Part shown: one piece after another, positions 8,828-18,517 of the stretch
How positions within the stretch are numbered: the stretch's first letter is position 1
Layout of the letters: every line of letters starts with the position of its first letter
Source of the DNA: an uncultured Eubacteriales bacterium
Lineage (GTDB): Bacteria > Bacillota > Clostridia > UBA1212 > CASDQQ01
Reading direction: 5' to 3'
NCBI GenBank assembly: GCA_964392835.1
Contig: CAYMRI010000003.1
Location: 1-32,867 of the forward strand
Length of the DNA: 32,867 nucleotides
Translations under genes and position numbers: made by a program
Notes under the pieces: generated by a model
The model's database searches: none
Told to the model about the DNA's origin: nothing
What the model saw: only the letters and a program-made list of their open reading frames with translations

Positions 8828-10656
8828 TCTGCTACACCCCCTGCCAATCCGTACATTTCTGCCTGTAGTCGGAACATTTCAGCATATTTTTGATTGTTCG
8901 CCATCAAAACAGTATGGGTTCCATATTCTGTCACCTTTCCTTGCTCCATTAAATAGACTTGGTCTGCTAACGTAGCAGAAGAAAGACGATGTGAAATAAA
9001 TACTACTGTTTTTTCCACACATACCTTCTTTAGGTTTTCAAACATTTGATATTCCGCAATGGGGTCTAGTGCACTGGAAGGTTCGTCCAACACCGCAAAT
9101 TCGCAACCGCTGGCATAAAGTCTGGCAATGGACAACTTTTGAAATTCCCCTCCGGATAACACTAAACCGTCATCATCAAATTCCCTGGTTACCATGGAAT
9201 CCATTCCCTTTTCACTTTCCATCACTTTGTCATATATTTCCGCATTTTTTAGTGCCTCTTCCACCTTTTGTCGTTCCTGTTCCTCTACCGGATGCAACAA
9301 TACATTTTCTGCAATGGACATGGCAAAGGCATGATAGTCTTGAAACACAGCACCAAACAAGTTTCGATATTCTGCCACAGCGTATTCTTTTATATTGATT
9401 CCATCCAACAGAATTTCACCTTCCGTTGGATCATAAAGCCGAAACATCAACTTAATCAATGTGGTTTTTCCTGCACCATTATGGCCCACCAACGCAATGG
9501 TTTTTCCGGGATGTAATACCATATTCACATTTTGAAGTACAGGCGTTTTTGAACCTGCATAGGTATAAGATACATTTCGAAATTCTAATGTATGTGGCTG
9601 TTGTTTGGGAACCATTCCTGTTTGACTTTGCGAAATTTGAGGCTGATACTCCAAAAAGTCACGAAAATTTTGAATAAATAACCCATCCTTTTGCATTGTT
9701 GTAAACATATCTAAAAAGAATGTCAAATTCCAAGAAATTGTGTTAATGGCATTAATCAATACGACAAACATACCGGGTGAAATGGTTTTACTGATTAATA
9801 CGCGATATCCTGCATAAATAATTGCCAGCGGCCATCTACAAATTCGAAGCAATGTTTCCAAGATACGATATATTGCAATTTTTGCGCCTAATGTACGATA
9901 GTTATGCTGAAGTTCTTTAACCCCCTGTGCATAATGGTCTTTTTGCACTTGAAAAATATTTGTTAAGCGCAATTCCTTGGCATAGTTTTCCAAATAAACC
10001 GTACGATTCACATACTCTTTCTTTCGTTGCGGTTCAGTATTTGCTTGAATCAAATCATATGTAACTTTATGTTTTTTACTGGTTGCTCCAAGGGATCCGA
10101 CAATTGGAAAAATCAAAAAAATTAATGCAAATGGATCCAACATGAAAATAGTAGCCATAATCGTCGTTGCAGATAAAAATACACCGACAGTTCTTGTGAA
10201 ATTATCCAATATTCCGGCTACCCTGCCCCCGGTTTCTGAGGCTGCTCGCGTATACTTGGTATAAAATTCCGTACTTTCGTAACATGCTAAATCAACATCT
10301 GCCGCCTTATCAAACAACATTTGATTGACCGCCTGGTAGAAAGCAATATCCGTTTTTGCACGGTAGGATTGCCAATACCAACTTCCCCAAAGTTGAAAAG
10401 CCAATTGTATCAATACCGTGATTAGCACAAAAAGCAATACCACCCCAAAGGAACGTCCCTGTTCTAATGCACCAAATAATACACCCGTAAAAAGAACATT
10501 ATAATAGGAATTGGATAAACAACTGAGGGTTTGATAGATAAAATCTATCAGCACACGGCTTTTCTTTACCTTCCAAGCGATGCCAAGTAAGTAAAAATTG
10601 TTTTGTATCGCCTTGCGAAAAGAAATCTCCTTCTTTTCTTTCTTTTTTTGTTTCAT
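8824..10656 (-). CDS. ABC transporter permease/ATP-binding fusion protein (partner half-transporter; likely heterodimeric exporter)
   Basis: TMD followed by an NBD with Walker A GHNGAGKTT, signature LSGGEFQK and Walker B VLDEPSSALD. The start is trimmed to MKQKKKEKK (ATG 10656) with RBS GAGGTG 8 nt upstream; the ORF-track start is a GTG. Confidence 0.9.
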   Translation of the reverse strand: MKQKKKEKKEISFRKAIQNNFYLLGIAWKVKKSRVLIDFIYQTLSCLSNSYYNVLFTGVLFGALEQGRSFGVVLLFVLITVLIQLAFQLWGSWYWQSYRAKTDIAFYQAVNQMLFDKAADVDLACYESTEFYTKYTRAASETGGRVAGILDNFTRTVGVFLSATTIMATIFMLDPFALIFLIFPIVGSLGATSKKHKVTYDLIQANTEPQRKKEYVNRTVYLENYAKELRLTNIFQVQKDHYAQGVKELQHNYRTLGAKIAIYRILETLLRICRWPLAIIYAGYRVLISKTISPGMFVVLINAINTISWNLTFFLDMFTTMQKDGLFIQNFRDFLEYQPQISQSQTGMVPKQQPHTLEFRNVSYTYAGSKTPVLQNVNMVLHPGKTIALVGHNGAGKTTLIKLMFRLYDPTEGEILLDGINIKEYAVAEYRNLFGAVFQDYHAFAMSIAENVLLHPVEEQERQKVEEALKNAEIYDKVMESEKGMDSMVTREFDDDGLVLSGGEFQKLSIARLYASGCEFAVLDEPSSALDPIAEYQMFENLKKVCVEKTVVFISHRLSSATLADQVYLMEQGKVTEYGTHTVLMANNQKYAEMFRLQAEMYGLAGGVAE

Positions 10657-10719
10657 AATACAATTCACCTCTATTCGATACACTCATTGTAACATGTAGT
10701 TTTGAAAAAAACAAGCACA

Positions 10720-10752
10720 GGGGATAACTGGTAGAAACCTTGGGATAATTGG
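10720..10752. promoter_or_regulatory. LytTR-type direct-repeat box: GGGATAACTGG-N10-GGGATAATTGG (repeat starts 21 bp apart)
   Basis: Two near-identical 11-mers at 10721-10731 and 10742-10752 in the divergent promoter region between the ABC operon and the LytTR response regulator. The 9-11-bp repeats with a roughly 12-bp spacer match the AgrA/LytTR binding-site architecture. A TACAAT -10 element (minus strand, 10691..10686) lies 28 nt beyond the box toward the ABC genes. Confidence 0.5.
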
Positions 10753-10812
10753 TGTGGAATTTCTGCCAAAAGTGCATTAAAATAATAGTTAAAACATAAG
10801 GAGGAAACATTT

Positions 10813-11547
10813 ATGCTTACCATTGCCGTTTGTGACGATCAACATGTATTTGCCGACAAAGTGGTGCAGGAACTGAAACATTTATGCACAATCCATATGG
10901 CAAAGGGATTTGCATATGAAATTCTACAACCTTTTGAATCTGCAAAAGATGTATTAGACACACTTTCACAGAAAAACATAGACATTCTGTTTTTGGATAT
11001 TGAAATGCCGGATATGGATGGATTTGCGTTAGCCAAACAAATCCGCGAACAATACCCTGATTTGATGTTGATTTTTGTTTCCGCTTACGACGAACTTGTG
11101 TTTCAATCTTTTGTCTATCACCCCTTTTGGTTTTTGAGAAAAGCCAGAATTGAGCAAGAATTGCCTCACATTTTTACAAAAGCCATTGAACAATATATGT
11201 CCAGCAAAGAAGCGGAATTGTTTCAAACCAAAAACGGGAATGTTCTTCTCCCATTAAAAGAAATTTTGTATTTAGAAGCAGATCGCAATTATTACAACAT
11301 CTATTGCACAACAGGCGCATTGTACAAATGCCGTGGCACGCTTTCCGAATTAGAGTCTCGATTTAAGAAACACAATTTTTACCGGGTGCATTCTGCTTAT
11401 TTGATTAACATGGCACATATTTGGCAGATTTCTTCTGTAAGCAGTGTTACCATGAAAAATAACAAACTGATTCCGGTAAGCCGTCACAGAGCCACGGCGT
11501 TTAAAAATGCATATTCTGCATTTGTCCGCAGGAGGATTACACGATGA
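10813..11547 (+). CDS. LytTR-family response regulator (REC plus LytTR DNA-binding domain; AgrA/ComE-like)
   Basis: Receiver domain with the acidic pocket and the phospho-acceptor Asp (in LFLDIEMPDMDG), plus a C-terminal LytTR domain. RBS AAGGAGG lies 7 nt upstream of the ATG. Confidence 0.9.
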   Translation: MLTIAVCDDQHVFADKVVQELKHLCTIHMAKGFAYEILQPFESAKDVLDTLSQKNIDILFLDIEMPDMDGFALAKQIREQYPDLMLIFVSAYDELVFQSFVYHPFWFLRKARIEQELPHIFTKAIEQYMSSKEAELFQTKNGNVLLPLKEILYLEADRNYYNIYCTTGALYKCRGTLSELESRFKKHNFYRVHSAYLINMAHIWQISSVSSVTMKNNKLIPVSRHRATAFKNAYSAFVRRRITR

Positions 11548-12839
11548 TTTCTACATTGTTTGAAGTAGGGGCAAATCTGGTTGATACCATTTTGGCAATT
11601 TATTTTTTTACACGCTTTCATTTTGCATCTTTGCGGAAAAACTATTTTGTACTTCCATTTGCCATTTTCTTTTTTGGCGTTGCCCTTGTGGGTGATCGTT
11701 TCTTTCCCGGCTTCACAATATTTCCTATTCTAATGGGATTTTCTTTCTGCTTAGCCTATACCCTTCTTATATCCAAAAAGCACTATGTACGAGCCATTCT
11801 TTCCACATGCATTTTTTGGATTTCTTATATGTTAATCAGTAGCCTTCTATATATAATCATCTCTATGGTGATAAAGGATTTTGATGTGCTGATGCAGGAT
11901 GCCAACACCGGTTCCCCGCTTCGCTATTTATACTTACTTCTTGGAAAACTTTGTTTGTTTATGATATTGCAACTATTTCTTGTCATTTTTAGAAAAAATA
12001 CTGCTATGGAACTGAAAAACAGTCTTTTAGCTATTTTGTTCACCCTAATTACAGCCTTTGGACTTGGTGCTACCATGGTGCTGACGGCCCAACCCAATGT
12101 TGCAGAGGTTCAAAATGATCTTCTCCTCATTGTTCTTGCTTTTATTGCAGCCAATACGTTATTGTATATTCTCCTGGCACAGATGCAAAAGTTGCAGCAA
12201 CACAAATATGAACTGAAATTATTACAAGAAACGATGCAATTTGAAGAAAGTCGTTATAAAGAACTTTCTGCCATCCATTCTAATGCACAAAAAATGCAAC
12301 ACGATATTAAGAATCATTTGACGGTCATTTCCGGCTATCTGCAAGAAGAAAAAATTTCCGACTGCCACAAATATCTGCAGGAAATATTGGAGCAATCAGA
12401 GAAAGGCAATCAACATTTTTATTCCGGCAATGCAGTTTTAGATTATCTCATCAGTGCCAAAACCGCTTCTTTGCAGGATACTGAAGTAATCGTTTCCGGA
12501 AACGCAGGAGATTTTTCCGATATGAAAGAAACAGACCTGGCATGTCTCATAGGAAATATGCTGGACAATGCCATTGAAGGTTTGGAAGGCGTTGCCGAAA
12601 AACGTATTCAATTATTTTTCCATTTAGAAAACAACAATCAAATTATTATTTGTCAAAATACTATAAAGCACTCTGTACTGCAGACAAATTCGCAGTTGCA
12701 GTCCACCAAGCCAGACAAGGGCAATCACGGCCTGGGGCACAAAATCATTGCCAAAATTGTTGCCGACTATGACGGCATTTACGAGTATTACGAAGAAAAT
12801 GGTATGTTTGGATTGCAAGTCATTTTACCGCAAAAATAA
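11544..12839 (+). CDS. Membrane sensor histidine kinase, GHKL/HATPase_c_5 type (AgrC-like)
   Basis: Roughly six N-terminal TM helices, an H-box (MQHDIKNHLTVISGY) and an AgrC-type ATPase region (GHGLGHKIIAKI). Its start codon overlaps the stop codon of the response-regulator gene (ATGA). Confidence 0.85.
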   Translation: MISTLFEVGANLVDTILAIYFFTRFHFASLRKNYFVLPFAIFFFGVALVGDRFFPGFTIFPILMGFSFCLAYTLLISKKHYVRAILSTCIFWISYMLISSLLYIIISMVIKDFDVLMQDANTGSPLRYLYLLLGKLCLFMILQLFLVIFRKNTAMELKNSLLAILFTLITAFGLGATMVLTAQPNVAEVQNDLLLIVLAFIAANTLLYILLAQMQKLQQHKYELKLLQETMQFEESRYKELSAIHSNAQKMQHDIKNHLTVISGYLQEEKISDCHKYLQEILEQSEKGNQHFYSGNAVLDYLISAKTASLQDTEVIVSGNAGDFSDMKETDLACLIGNMLDNAIEGLEGVAEKRIQLFFHLENNNQIIICQNTIKHSVLQTNSQLQSTKPDKGNHGLGHKIIAKIVADYDGIYEYYEENGMFGLQVILPQK

Positions 12840-12982
12840 CCTCTTGCATGTCCATCAATTTTCGTTATCCAAAATTATATTTTTTTCATTTTTGGGAAAT
12901 AGGCTTTAAAAACAATAAATGAATGGAAGACAACTCCCCCTACGAAGCGTCTCCCATCTGCCTGGCTTCAAAGTTTATCTGT

Positions 12983-13720
12983 TTACCCTTCCGCTTTCCA
13001 GACCCCGTTTTCATAGTTTAAAAACACGGAGAACTGTTCCGTTTCAATATCGCCATCAGGCTTATAGAAGAAAAAGGTTGCTTTCAGCCGTTCCTGCTCT
13101 GCCGTAATCTCAGATAAATATAGTTCATAGCTTTCGGGGTTTGTCTGATATTCTTTTCCATATTCTACTCTCTCATCTATCAAAAATTCTAGTTCTTTCC
13201 AAGCTTCCCCATCTCGATATAAAATATATTTGTCTCCCACATAATTGAATTTTAAGTCAACCTTCATAATACTGGGCAGTTGTGTGATTGTCCCATCTGC
13301 ATATTTAAAAATAAATGCTTTTCGGTCACTCATGGCACCGGAATTCTCACAAGAAAAAACAATTTCTTGTGTTTCATCCCCATCTACATCAGTCGTAAAA
13401 TATTGTGTATGCAAAATTGCATACTCTTCCGGCAACATAGAGACATCAGCAATAAATGCAGCACCATTTATCTCAATTTCCAAGGTCAACGAAGCCCCAA
13501 GCCAAAGAGATTCCTCGCTGGTATAAGAAATTACAATTTCTTCAGCCTGCCCATCTTTCTCCAAATCCGACAAAAATTTTTCCTCATTCATGGCAACAGG
13601 AATGGGCGTCGATTCTGGGGTGGGCGTCGGAAACACCGGCTGTACACCCGCCCCGTTTTGACATGCTGAAAAACTAAATAAGCAAATGATACTGATAAAA
13701 ATGCTGATACCTTTTTTCAT
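12983..13720 (-). CDS. Lipoprotein of unknown function
   Basis: Signal peptide with a lipobox (MKKGISIFISIICLFSFSAC). The start is trimmed to ATG 13720 with RBS GAGGG. No recognisable catalytic motifs. Confidence 0.7.
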   Translation of the reverse strand: MKKGISIFISIICLFSFSACQNGAGVQPVFPTPTPESTPIPVAMNEEKFLSDLEKDGQAEEIVISYTSEESLWLGASLTLEIEINGAAFIADVSMLPEEYAILHTQYFTTDVDGDETQEIVFSCENSGAMSDRKAFIFKYADGTITQLPSIMKVDLKFNYVGDKYILYRDGEAWKELEFLIDERVEYGKEYQTNPESYELYLSEITAEQERLKATFFFYKPDGDIETEQFSVFLNYENGVWKAEG

Positions 13721-13850
13721 GTTTTCCCTCTTGTTAAAATTATACACCGTTCTCTCAACACTTTATTTTCTACAATTGTCTGTTTTAACGCCGATTTGTA
13801 GGAAAAACGGCCATTTTTTCTGCATTTAGCTCTTTTTTATTTGTTTTGTA

Positions 13851-13883
13851 GAAAAAACCCTATGCGCTTTCGAAGCATAGGGT
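13851..13883 (-). terminator. Intrinsic terminator downstream of the GH38 gene
   Basis: Stem CCCTATGC / GCATAGGG (13858-13865 and 13875-13882) with a 9-nt loop, followed on the minus strand by a U-run (plus-strand AAAAAA at 13852-13857). Confidence 0.6.
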
Positions 13884-13904
13884 TGTCAATAGAGCCTTAA
13901 ACCC

Positions 13905-16900
13905 TTACTCTTGTGACTCATACACCGCACATTCGCCCACTGTCATGGAAAGATTTCTGTAACTTACAATTCTGCCTTCCACACCGCCGTCTGCTGCCAT
14001 AATAAAGTCTTCGCTGATGATGTGATAGCCGGCTTCATTTACCTTTGCAGCCATATAATCTGCTACGGTCACATCGCCGCCGCTGACAAAGCCACCCGGC
14101 AATCCCGGATCAAAGCGGAACAATGCCAAATCGTCTGCAGCTTCTGCCAACTCCTCTTCCGGAATGGAAATCGCCAAGCTGAAACGAACCGTACCCGCTT
14201 TTACTCTGGTTTCCAGACCATATACGTCGTGTCCACTACCTTCGCCGCGAGGTAACCACATGGTGCCATCTTCATGTTTTTCCGCATGGGGATTTCTGGT
14301 GCCTGCACCGGTTCCTTTCCACTGATTGTTAATTACCATGGATAAGGATCTACCAATTAAGGTCACCTCATATTCTGCGCCATCTCCGTCCACCTTTATG
14401 TGGGTTGCACGAGAACCACCCATCACTCTGGTAATGGCATCCCCTTGTTTTTGCATGCCTGTATCTGCAATTTCAAAATTCTCGTCATCTTCGCTGACTT
14501 GTAAAGTAGCTGTAGAAGCACCCTTTACAATCCATTTTTGCACCAAAACTTTATCCTGTAAATCGATGATTTGGCCATTTTTCACAGTACCTTGATACAA
14601 AACAGAACCATCGCCATCCAAATCAATAATATCATATGGGGTAATCGAATCCGCCGCAGCTGTAATGCTACCTTCCACAACTTCTCCATTTTGATACACT
14701 TCAATGCCACTGATTCTGGTGCACTTATCCGACTCACTGCTGGTTGACTGGGTAACCATCACCCTTACATATTGACTGCAAACCGCAGCAAAAACATGTT
14801 CTGTAATAGCAAAACGGTTTCTGACAGCAGTTTCGTCCACCGTCTTCCATGCGCCGTCCACAAATACTTGCACAATAAAACGTGCGGTATTCAACACCTT
14901 GTCTTCCCCAGCCACTTCCGCATGTTTCAGCACAATGGTGTCGAAGGATTTTTGCACACCCATATCCACTAAAATCCAATTGGTTTTTGTAGAAAGACAC
15001 TTCCAATGGGTTTCCTTCTTGCCATCGGTGGCAAAATCCCCTTCATAGCCTGCTAATGCACCGCTGGTCATTGTTTTTGCACCCAATGCTAAATTTTCAT
15101 CATATTCAAAAATATAAGGTTTCAGACAAAAATCTTTATTTGGCATAGCATATTCAATGGCAGCCCCTTCAAAAGTTTCGCCCGTATTACTCATCCAAAG
15201 CACTTTACCTGTTTTATCCCCGGTATAAACAGTACTGATAGGATATCCTTCAATGTAGCAACCACTGCCGGTACCATGTTTTACCGTCAAGTTGTGTTTT
15301 TCCCTCTTTTCTTTTTTATCCAGCATTTGCGTTGCCAATTTAGCATTCACAGCATCCCCCACTAACGCAGTTGCCGCCGCTACTAAAATGTTGCTACCCG
15401 CAGGCAAGGTTACACTTTCAGCCCCTGCTACATCCAGCACATATTGGAACAAACAGAACTTGCCATACACTTTATCTCCGGATTTATCATGGGTATGCGA
15501 TGCACTGTACACCAAAGTGTCCTCTTTGATATAGCCATAGTAATCAGAACCATATTGATCCCAACCGCCGATATAGCTGTCAAAGCTCTGCATAGGCACT
15601 TCTACCGGTTTTCCATTCACCAAGAAGGTTGCAACACAATCCTCCTGCAAAGAAGCTGCCGCCACATACAATTTGGTAGCCTCTTTGGGCAATGCAATTT
15701 CTTCTCCGTTTGCCACCAAGCCTTGATGCAAACCATCGCTATTTTTTGCAAATGTATAAGAAATATTTCCCACCGTTAAAGTATCCGGCAACAATTCTGC
15801 AGGAATGGTCACATTTTCATCTGTAAAGCCATATTCTCCCCGCTTATCATTCCAAGAAGAAATAGCCACATTCACAGGCAGAGACACCATCTCATACTGT
15901 TTTTCCGTAAAATCAAGACTGCAAGGCGCCAGCTTTAACGCAAAGGTCTTGGGCTGGTAAGGTTTCATAGAGAAGGAAATTTCCCCGTTTCTTACTTGCA
16001 TGTCGGAAATATGTTCTTCATAACCATTCACTTCACGAGCAGACACAATGCCGCCTGCAAGCCAAAGAGAAGCTTTCTCCAACGGCTTGCCGAATCTTTC
16101 ATACACTCTGACAATCACTTCATCAGAATCTTCTGCCAACTTGATGGCTTTGATGTCTACCTGCTTGGTGCTGACAGAGGTAAAGGCATATTCTTTGGGC
16201 AGTACACCGGGGTGAGATGTGGTCTGGACCGCAATCAAAGGCTGATTGTATTTTTCCCCTTCCACCGTAGAAAGGCTTTCCGTAAAATCGCCTGCGCCAC
16301 CCATAATGGCATAGGAAAAACGGTTTTCACCCAGGTCTTGCATATCCTGTCTGGTTCCCGGCAAAAACGGATTTTGCGGTGTATGAATTCCTGTCAAGCG
16401 CAATGTGTTGTCACTTGGTTTATCCATACCGTACTTACAATCATTCAAAATGGTTACGCTGTAATTTCCGGTAGCATCCTTTAAATTTGCCCACTTGTGT
16501 ACCGGCACTTCATATTTCATTTCTTCATTATTGCCACGTTCTATAGCGCCAAGGCCTGCATCATAAACAGCTTTTTCACCGGAAACAGCAAGCGGGAACG
16601 CAACCTTTAACATAGCAGATTTCTCCGTCCAGTTAATGTTATTTTCCACATTGACATATGCGGCTTCCGCACCAAGGCGAATGATTTGCTTGTATGTGGA
16701 AACACCATCCTGTCGTACCACTTCCAAAGCAACCTGCACCGGACCATTTTCCACAATGCGAATTTCCGGCTTGCCACCTACCACAGAGCGGGGTTCTCTT
16801 TGTACATCTTTATATTGAATTTCCCAAGCACCCCAGAAGAAATAGCTGTTATCCAATACTTGATATTGAATGGGCGCTGCCAACAATTCTTTTCTATGTA

Positions 16901-18401
16901 ATTTGTCAAAAACACTTGCAATGTTGCCTGCTTCATCCAAAGTTACTTGATAGCGATTACTTTCCATTCCTTTTTCTGTTACGGAAAGACCTGTCTTTAA
17001 GGTGCATGGTTCTTTGGATTCCGTTACCAAATAGGTGCTATAGCCATCGGACATGACATCTGCCAAAAAGGCAATTTTCAACACATTTCCTTGCCGTTCC
17101 AAAATTTGAGAAGGTACTTCTTTCTTATCGCAGTTATATACTTTGATATTTGCCGGCACTTGACCTTGCGGGAAGGTCACTTCCGCTGTCACCACATCTT
17201 TTCTGGCAGTGGACACGCCGTTAAATACCACCAAAGGAGCACCACGACCTAAAGACGCCGTATCAACCTGTTCTGCAATAGTTTCCGTAGCGCTTGCCAA
17301 TTCCGATACCCACTGATTTAACGCAGTGATATAGTCGGCAAAGGATTCCTTATACACTCTTTGCAAACTGGTACCGGTAATGTCATCATGGAATTCATGG
17401 CGAATAAACAGTTTCCAAAGTTCTTCAATTTTTTCTTTTGGATATTTTTTCACACCTAACCAAGAAGCAAACACATTGGCTCTTTCTGTAAAATCAGCCA
17501 ACAATTCATTTTTTCTGTTAAATCGCTTGGTAGGCGCAACAGAAGTATAACTTCCTACACCGTGAGTGGTCATTAAAAGTTCCCCATCATAAACAGGCAA
17601 TGCGTTATATTCTTCTTCTGTTAGTTCATCTGCAAACTGGCCGGCATAAGCGCTGACAATTTGTACTTTGCTATCCGGATTTGCCACATCGTCACTGATA
17701 AATTTCGCAGAGCCCTCTGTAGGCGCACCACCTTCATCCCCTGTGCCATAATAACGAAAGGTTTTGGGAATTGCCATACCATTTACATGGTTGTAAAGTT
17801 CTTCATCTTGACCCCAAGAATGGTGAATTTGGGTTACATATTGGCCCGGATCTAAGGCAGCTACCACCTCACTGCCATCCATTCCTTTCCAAACACCCAC
17901 TTCAAAAGGAACCTTATTTCCACTGTTCCAAATGAGCTTTGCACTGGAAAAAGATTTCAGCCCCATGTGGTTCATAATGGTAGGCAAGGTATAGGCAAAG
18001 CCGAAGCAGTCGGGCAAGAAAATGTCATTGGAAACTTTGCCAAATTCTTTTTGGAAAAATCTGTTTCCATACAGAATATTCCGCATGAGCGCTTCCGGAG
18101 AAGATACGATGACATCGCCATTTTCCCAGGAGGAACCGGTGACAAACCATTTTCCTTCTGCAATATACCCTTTCAATCTTTCATAATCTTCCGGATAATA
18201 TTCTTTGATTAAATCGTACCGATAGGCACCTTCAAAATTAAATCTATAATTGGGATACTTATCAAATAAGTAAAAATTTTCTTTCAGTGTTCTGACCAAA
18301 TGCCGCTTTACCGTATCTTCCAAAGTCCAGTTCCAAACCGTATCCAGATGGGCATTTGCATTTGCGTATACAATGGGCTTTTTCTCTTGTGTATTTGCCA
18401 T
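13905..18401 (-). CDS. Glycoside hydrolase family 38 alpha-mannosidase with a C-terminal discoidin (F5/8 type C, CBM32-like) module; about 1498 aa
   Basis: N-terminus shows GH38 hallmarks (ANAHLDTVWNW..., ...DCFGF...). The C-terminal region has a discoidin-like segment (...GDFATDGKKETHWKC...NWILVDMG...). The start is trimmed to MANTQEKK (ATG 18401) with RBS AAAGGAGA. No signal peptide is present. Confidence 0.85.
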   Translation of the reverse strand: MANTQEKKPIVYANANAHLDTVWNWTLEDTVKRHLVRTLKENFYLFDKYPNYRFNFEGAYRYDLIKEYYPEDYERLKGYIAEGKWFVTGSSWENGDVIVSSPEALMRNILYGNRFFQKEFGKVSNDIFLPDCFGFAYTLPTIMNHMGLKSFSSAKLIWNSGNKVPFEVGVWKGMDGSEVVAALDPGQYVTQIHHSWGQDEELYNHVNGMAIPKTFRYYGTGDEGGAPTEGSAKFISDDVANPDSKVQIVSAYAGQFADELTEEEYNALPVYDGELLMTTHGVGSYTSVAPTKRFNRKNELLADFTERANVFASWLGVKKYPKEKIEELWKLFIRHEFHDDITGTSLQRVYKESFADYITALNQWVSELASATETIAEQVDTASLGRGAPLVVFNGVSTARKDVVTAEVTFPQGQVPANIKVYNCDKKEVPSQILERQGNVLKIAFLADVMSDGYSTYLVTESKEPCTLKTGLSVTEKGMESNRYQVTLDEAGNIASVFDKLHRKELLAAPIQYQVLDNSYFFWGAWEIQYKDVQREPRSVVGGKPEIRIVENGPVQVALEVVRQDGVSTYKQIIRLGAEAAYVNVENNINWTEKSAMLKVAFPLAVSGEKAVYDAGLGAIERGNNEEMKYEVPVHKWANLKDATGNYSVTILNDCKYGMDKPSDNTLRLTGIHTPQNPFLPGTRQDMQDLGENRFSYAIMGGAGDFTESLSTVEGEKYNQPLIAVQTTSHPGVLPKEYAFTSVSTKQVDIKAIKLAEDSDEVIVRVYERFGKPLEKASLWLAGGIVSAREVNGYEEHISDMQVRNGEISFSMKPYQPKTFALKLAPCSLDFTEKQYEMVSLPVNVAISSWNDKRGEYGFTDENVTIPAELLPDTLTVGNISYTFAKNSDGLHQGLVANGEEIALPKEATKLYVAAASLQEDCVATFLVNGKPVEVPMQSFDSYIGGWDQYGSDYYGYIKEDTLVYSASHTHDKSGDKVYGKFCLFQYVLDVAGAESVTLPAGSNILVAAATALVGDAVNAKLATQMLDKKEKREKHNLTVKHGTGSGCYIEGYPISTVYTGDKTGKVLWMSNTGETFEGAAIEYAMPNKDFCLKPYIFEYDENLALGAKTMTSGALAGYEGDFATDGKKETHWKCLSTKTNWILVDMGVQKSFDTIVLKHAEVAGEDKVLNTARFIVQVFVDGAWKTVDETAVRNRFAITEHVFAAVCSQYVRVMVTQSTSSESDKCTRISGIEVYQNGEVVEGSITAAADSITPYDIIDLDGDGSVLYQGTVKNGQIIDLQDKVLVQKWIVKGASTATLQVSEDDENFEIADTGMQKQGDAITRVMGGSRATHIKVDGDGAEYEVTLIGRSLSMVINNQWKGTGAGTRNPHAEKHEDGTMWLPRGEGSGHDVYGLETRVKAGTVRFSLAISIPEEELAEAADDLALFRFDPGLPGGFVSGGDVTVADYMAAKVNEAGYHIISEDFIMAADGGVEGRIVSYRNLSMTVGECAVYESQE

Positions 18402-18438
18402 AATTGTTCTCCTTTGCAACTTTGTTTTGCGTGAGGTC

Positions 18439-18467
18439 ATTGTACCAAATTCAAGGTGGTTTGACAA
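18439..18467 (-). promoter_or_regulatory. SigmaA-type promoter for the GH38 gene (-35 TTGTCA, 17-nt spacer, -10 TACAAT)
   Basis: On the minus strand, TTGTCA sits at 18467..18462 and TACAAT at 18444..18439, about 35 nt upstream of ATG 18401. Confidence 0.55.
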
Positions 18468-18468
18468 G

Positions 18469-18495
18469 AAAAAACCCTGCATTTTTCATGCAGGG
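18469..18495 (-). terminator. Intrinsic terminator after the acidic Cys-rich protein gene
   Basis: Stem CCCTGCAT / ATGCAGGG (18475-18482 and 18488-18495) with loop TTTTC. On the minus strand it is followed by a U6 run (plus-strand A-run at 18469-18474). Confidence 0.6.
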
Positions 18496-18517
18496 CTTTG
18501 GACAAACGTACTAAAAA

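Noticed and set aside
10499-10810. 103-aa minus-strand ORF spanning the ABC/response-regulator intergenic region
   Set aside because: It overlaps the N-terminus of the ABC gene in another frame and covers the LytTR box and promoter elements. It has no convincing RBS and its sequence has no domain-like character.
10657-12982. Search for agrB/agrD-like or double-glycine precursor genes next to the LytTR/AgrC-like system
   Set aside because: No ORF with an AgrD-like or GG-leader pattern and an RBS was found by eye in either intergenic region. Absence is reported as an observation, not as a feature.
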